From the NCBI RefSeq assembly GCF_009914755.1, contig NC_060925.1: DNA of 64,000 nucleotides. One strand, given 5' to 3'. This DNA is from the human T2T-CHM13v2.0 reference genome, Homo sapiens. The translations under genes and the position numbers were made by a program. The stretch's first letter is position 1, and every line of letters begins with the position of its first letter. A model generated the notes under the pieces. It saw only the letters and a list, made by a program, of their open reading frames with translations, had not been told where the DNA came from and did no database searches. Shown here piece after piece: positions 60,240 to 64,000 of the stretch.

Positions 60240-60960
60240 TAAATGGCTCGTCTTCAGCAAACTAGATCAGTCCGTGGGACGTACGGCTTCCACTCGCCGT
60301 GTCCTGAACACTGGCTGGGCTTCCTGTGCGTTCTAGCCGGTTTTCTTTGGAGCGGCGGGTTTCTGCACGGCTCCGGGGTCGGGATGGCAGAGGCTTCTCG
60401 GAACACGCGGATCTATGAGTGCAGTCCCCGGGGTAGCCACCAGGGAACGCCATAGGCTTTCCCGCTGTGTTCCTCCTTGCCTTTTCCGTTTGGGCCAAGT
60501 AGTTTCTATTGACCATGACATTACAGATCAGAAGTGGGTGGGGTCAGAAAACACACCCTGGGAGAAGCTGGCAAAATGCCCAGAACCGCCATCACTAGGC
60601 CTGGGGTTTTCTTCTGTAGTGGAATTCTCGTGCTTATGTAGTACAGGGAGGAGCGCAGCGCATTTCCGCCAAGACAGGTGAGACTGCAGTTCTGACCTGC
60701 GGGCCTCGATGAATTGCTTTAGGGCCCCTGGGCGCCGGCAGAGCCGATCTCCTACACAAAGCAAGCGTGTTATGTCTACGACCGAACGGGGACACTAAGA
60801 AAGAGCCCCAAAGGCCCTGCTTTCATCCCAAAGAACAGCGCCTGTCTGCGTAGTTTCTACCTTGCTCTATGAGGTGAGAACACCTTCACCGCTGGCACGG
60901 AAATCCTACAAACTCCTGTGGGGACCGCGGTTACAAGCAGACGCTGTGTGAAAGGTGACT
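60240..60960. promoter_or_regulatory. CpG island, candidate bidirectional promoter
   Basis: Dense CpG; + donor cag|gtgaga after 60677; - donor gac|gtgagc after 59971; CTCF-like site at 60419-60450. Confidence 0.65.
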
Positions 60961-63226
60961 CTGGGGGCTAGGGAAAAACACGAAGATTTTCACAGAGCGT
61001 GAGACCCCAAGAGACTGGAGACCATGGACCAAATTTCTGCAAACAGTAGCCTTATGTAGAAAGAGCTATGCAATCTTCGTGCTAGTTAGCTTGTGATACA
61101 CATGCTCACAAAGGCTGGCGCTTCCTTCTCCAGCGAAAAGCGAGGCGATATATCACTTCCCGATTCAAAGCATCCAACTGTAAGAATAACAGTGTAGGGA
61201 GAAAGGTCTATAGTCATGGCAATATTGCCTAATGATATTTTTTTCTGTGATGGTCATTTTATAATATTATTTAAAAGTTTTTTTTAATTAAACAAGCAAT
61301 GGAACTTTGAACAGAAAAATATGAAATTAAAACAATAAAAATTACCCATAATCACACTAGACTGTGATAACTAAACTGTGAATATTTTGGTTTCATAAGC
61401 TTTTAATCTTTTTCCTTAGGTATATAAAAATATTTAAGAACCAAAGAAAATTATATCACAATGGGTATATCAACTTAGTATCAGTTTTACTCATTTAATA
61501 TGCCAAAGGTAACCTACTTATCCTTTGACTACAAGAGCTTTCTAAATGTCTGTATAATATTACATCAGATGAATGCAATATAATTTATTTTAAATATTTC
61601 TTATTGCATATTTAGATTGTTTCTAATTTTTGAGTATGATCAACAACTCTTTGACCAGTATTCCTATAGCTAAGTGCTTATGTTGTAGGTCTGATTATTT
61701 CCTTAGTACAAATTTCTAACAGTGGAGTGTCAGTCAAAGGGTATGTACAATGTAAACATGTAGATGTGTATTGTCAAATTATCCCCCACCAAGTTCCTAA
61801 AATATGCATCTTTACTGTCATGGTGTAACTACCAAAGTCCTGTACCCTTGAAAACATAGATTCTTATTTCAGAACATCTTTATCAGTTTAAAAGATAAAC
61901 TATGCCATCCTCTTGTTGTTAGTAAAGTGCATTTCTTTGATTACTCCCCTTTTACAGAAGAGTAAATGAAGATTCAGTAAGTTTGTGTGAGTTATGCATG
62001 GGTGCATAGGTAACGCGTGCAGAAAGCAATCACTTCAGTTTTCCATATTTGAGGTCCTCTCTGGGCCAGTACAGTTCGAGACACTAGAAATTCAAAACCA
62101 CAGATAATGCCCTCCTGGGCCTGTAGGATGTACTTGTTAGGTGGCAGGGGCGAGGCCCAACCAGTGCGCACAACAATGTCATAGCCCCAGGTGAGTGTGG
62201 GAGGGGAAGTTGTAGAAATATTTTCCAGCCAAAGAAATCAGTGAAGTAAAGATAGGCAGGAGGCAGGCAAAAAGGAGGCAGAACTGGCAGGTTGTGGGGG
62301 CAGGAGTGGCCACGGATGAGGAGCCAGGCTTGGCAACACAGGTGCAGGTGGCACGTGTCATAGGCACAGGCGTGGAGATCTGAGGGCGTAGAGGGGAGAA
62401 GACCGTGCACCGCCAATGTCAACTGTGTGGAAGCAAACCTGGGCTACATCTAAGAGTCCTGAGAGCAGGGGAGGAGAAGGGAGGAAGAGACAACAGAAGT
62501 CCTGGGTGGGAAGCAGAAATATTTCCTGAGTCAATGAAAGAGCCCCAAGCCTCCAGACCTGCCAGGGCTCAAGCAGGCAGCTCCAGAGGCCAAGACCTAT
62601 AATCCAGCAGTTCAGGTTGATTTTGCCAGAGTAGTGTGAAGAGGCCCTGATTTTCCCCTTTAATGTATACCCATACAAAAGGCAGAAGAGTTGTTGGAAA
62701 AGCAGGAGATTCACAGTTACAAGCACATAGGAAGCACAAGAAAAACTGGTAGAAGGGATCTGGGCCCTTCAATGTTGACAGCCTTCTCTAGGAGCCCTGG
62801 CTACAACAGAAGGAGAAGGATCCTTGGTGGGTATAAAAAGGTGGGAAGGAGAACAAGCCAAACAAAACACCACCCTCAGGACTACAGAGAAGTTATTTCA
62901 GGAGATGCATTGATTCCATGTTTTTGTTTCCATAGGTTGCTGTTTTGTAACTTTTTTTTTCTTAGGTGAAAGAATTAAGTGTCCTCCCCCACTGTCTGAA
63001 GAAAGATATGCCTGTCATGAAGCGTGCCCTTACTTACTTTGAAGGGGACAAGCCTTTTCTAGCTTCAATATTTATTTCCTATTTTGATGGGGAAACCTTT
63101 AGGGAAGTAGAAAGAGAGCTTAAAGCCTCGGGGGAGACATTTTACGTGCTTGCTAAAAAAATGCATTAAAATATTTAGTACATGTCCTGAATGTAACCCA
63201 GCCCTCCAGAGCTATTTTTTTCTCAC

Positions 63227-63614
63227 TGTATTAGTCCATTTTCATACTGTAATAAAGAACTGCCTGAGACTGGGTAATTTATAAAAGAAAGAGGTTTAAT
63301 TGACTCACAGTTCAGCACGGCTGGGGAGGCCTCAGGAAACTTACAATCATGGTGGAAGGTGAAGGGGAAGCAAGGCACCTTCTACACAAGGTGGCAGAAA
63401 GGAGAAGTGCTAAGCAAAGGGGAAGAAGCCCCTTATAAAACCATCCGATCTTGGGAGAACTCACTCACTATCATGAGAACAGCATGGGGGAAACCATCCC
63501 CATGATTCAATTACCTCCACCTGGTCTCTCCTTTGACAAATAGGGATTATGGGGATTATGGGGATTACAATTCAAGATGAGATCTGGGTGGGGACGCTAA
63601 GCCTAACCATATCA
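63227..63614 (-). mobile_element. THE1/MST-type MaLR LTR
   Basis: tgtattagtccattttcatactg...gagactgggtaatttataaaagaaagaggtttaattgactcacagttc...aaccatatca. Confidence 0.92.
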
Positions 63615-64000
63615 GGGGAGGGGGCTCACAACTGAATATTTCAGATAATTTTAATATGTGCTGGTATCCACAAACAAGAGCCAATGTGGACTCAGCAGGC
63701 AATGTCATGGGCCTTCTGTTTCAAAAATGATTCAGATAGACTTTTATGCTTTTACATGTGCCATATGGGAGTGGGGCATTCTCATCTTGTTCCTTGTTTT
63801 ACCCTCAGCATCTACCTTTCATAGCAGTAACTGATGATCATGAAATGTTTGTTGATTGAATGGCTGAAGTATAGACAGATGCAGCTTCTGTCCATGAAAG
63901 GCATCCTGCTTGCTCCTTGCACTGTGTCCAGTGAAAACTCTTGTTTCTCTGAGCAGCTGCAACACGTTTCACATCACAAGGAGCACAAGGCACTGGCTTC

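Overview
Primate (very probably human) DNA with the make-up of the chromosome 1 NBPF/tRNA segmental-duplication mosaics (1q21-type). I find no intact protein-coding gene. The dominant structure is a ~5.6 kb inverted duplication (4122-9720 + vs 38261-43863 -). Each arm carries disabled copies of the last exons of an NBPF4/NBPF6-type gene, with no Olduvai/DUF1220 exons in the window. The spacer holds a degenerate tRNA-Gly(CCC) on -, a CpG island, a tRNA-Asn-like gene with an unusual ATT anticodon on +, a decayed ERV1-class provirus (LTR, gag, RNase H/integrase, env traces), a solo LTR and a detached CpG island resembling the NBPF exon-1 promoter. To the right are a twin RFX X-box element, a CpG island with donors on both strands and a chain of clean minus-strand splice sites pointing to the right-hand NBPF remnant. 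The rest is dense Alu/L1/MaLR/DNA-transposon sequence, and most ORF-track entries are repeat artefacts. Family names come from recalled consensus sequences and were not verified by search. Repeat boundaries without TSD or TIR support are approximate.
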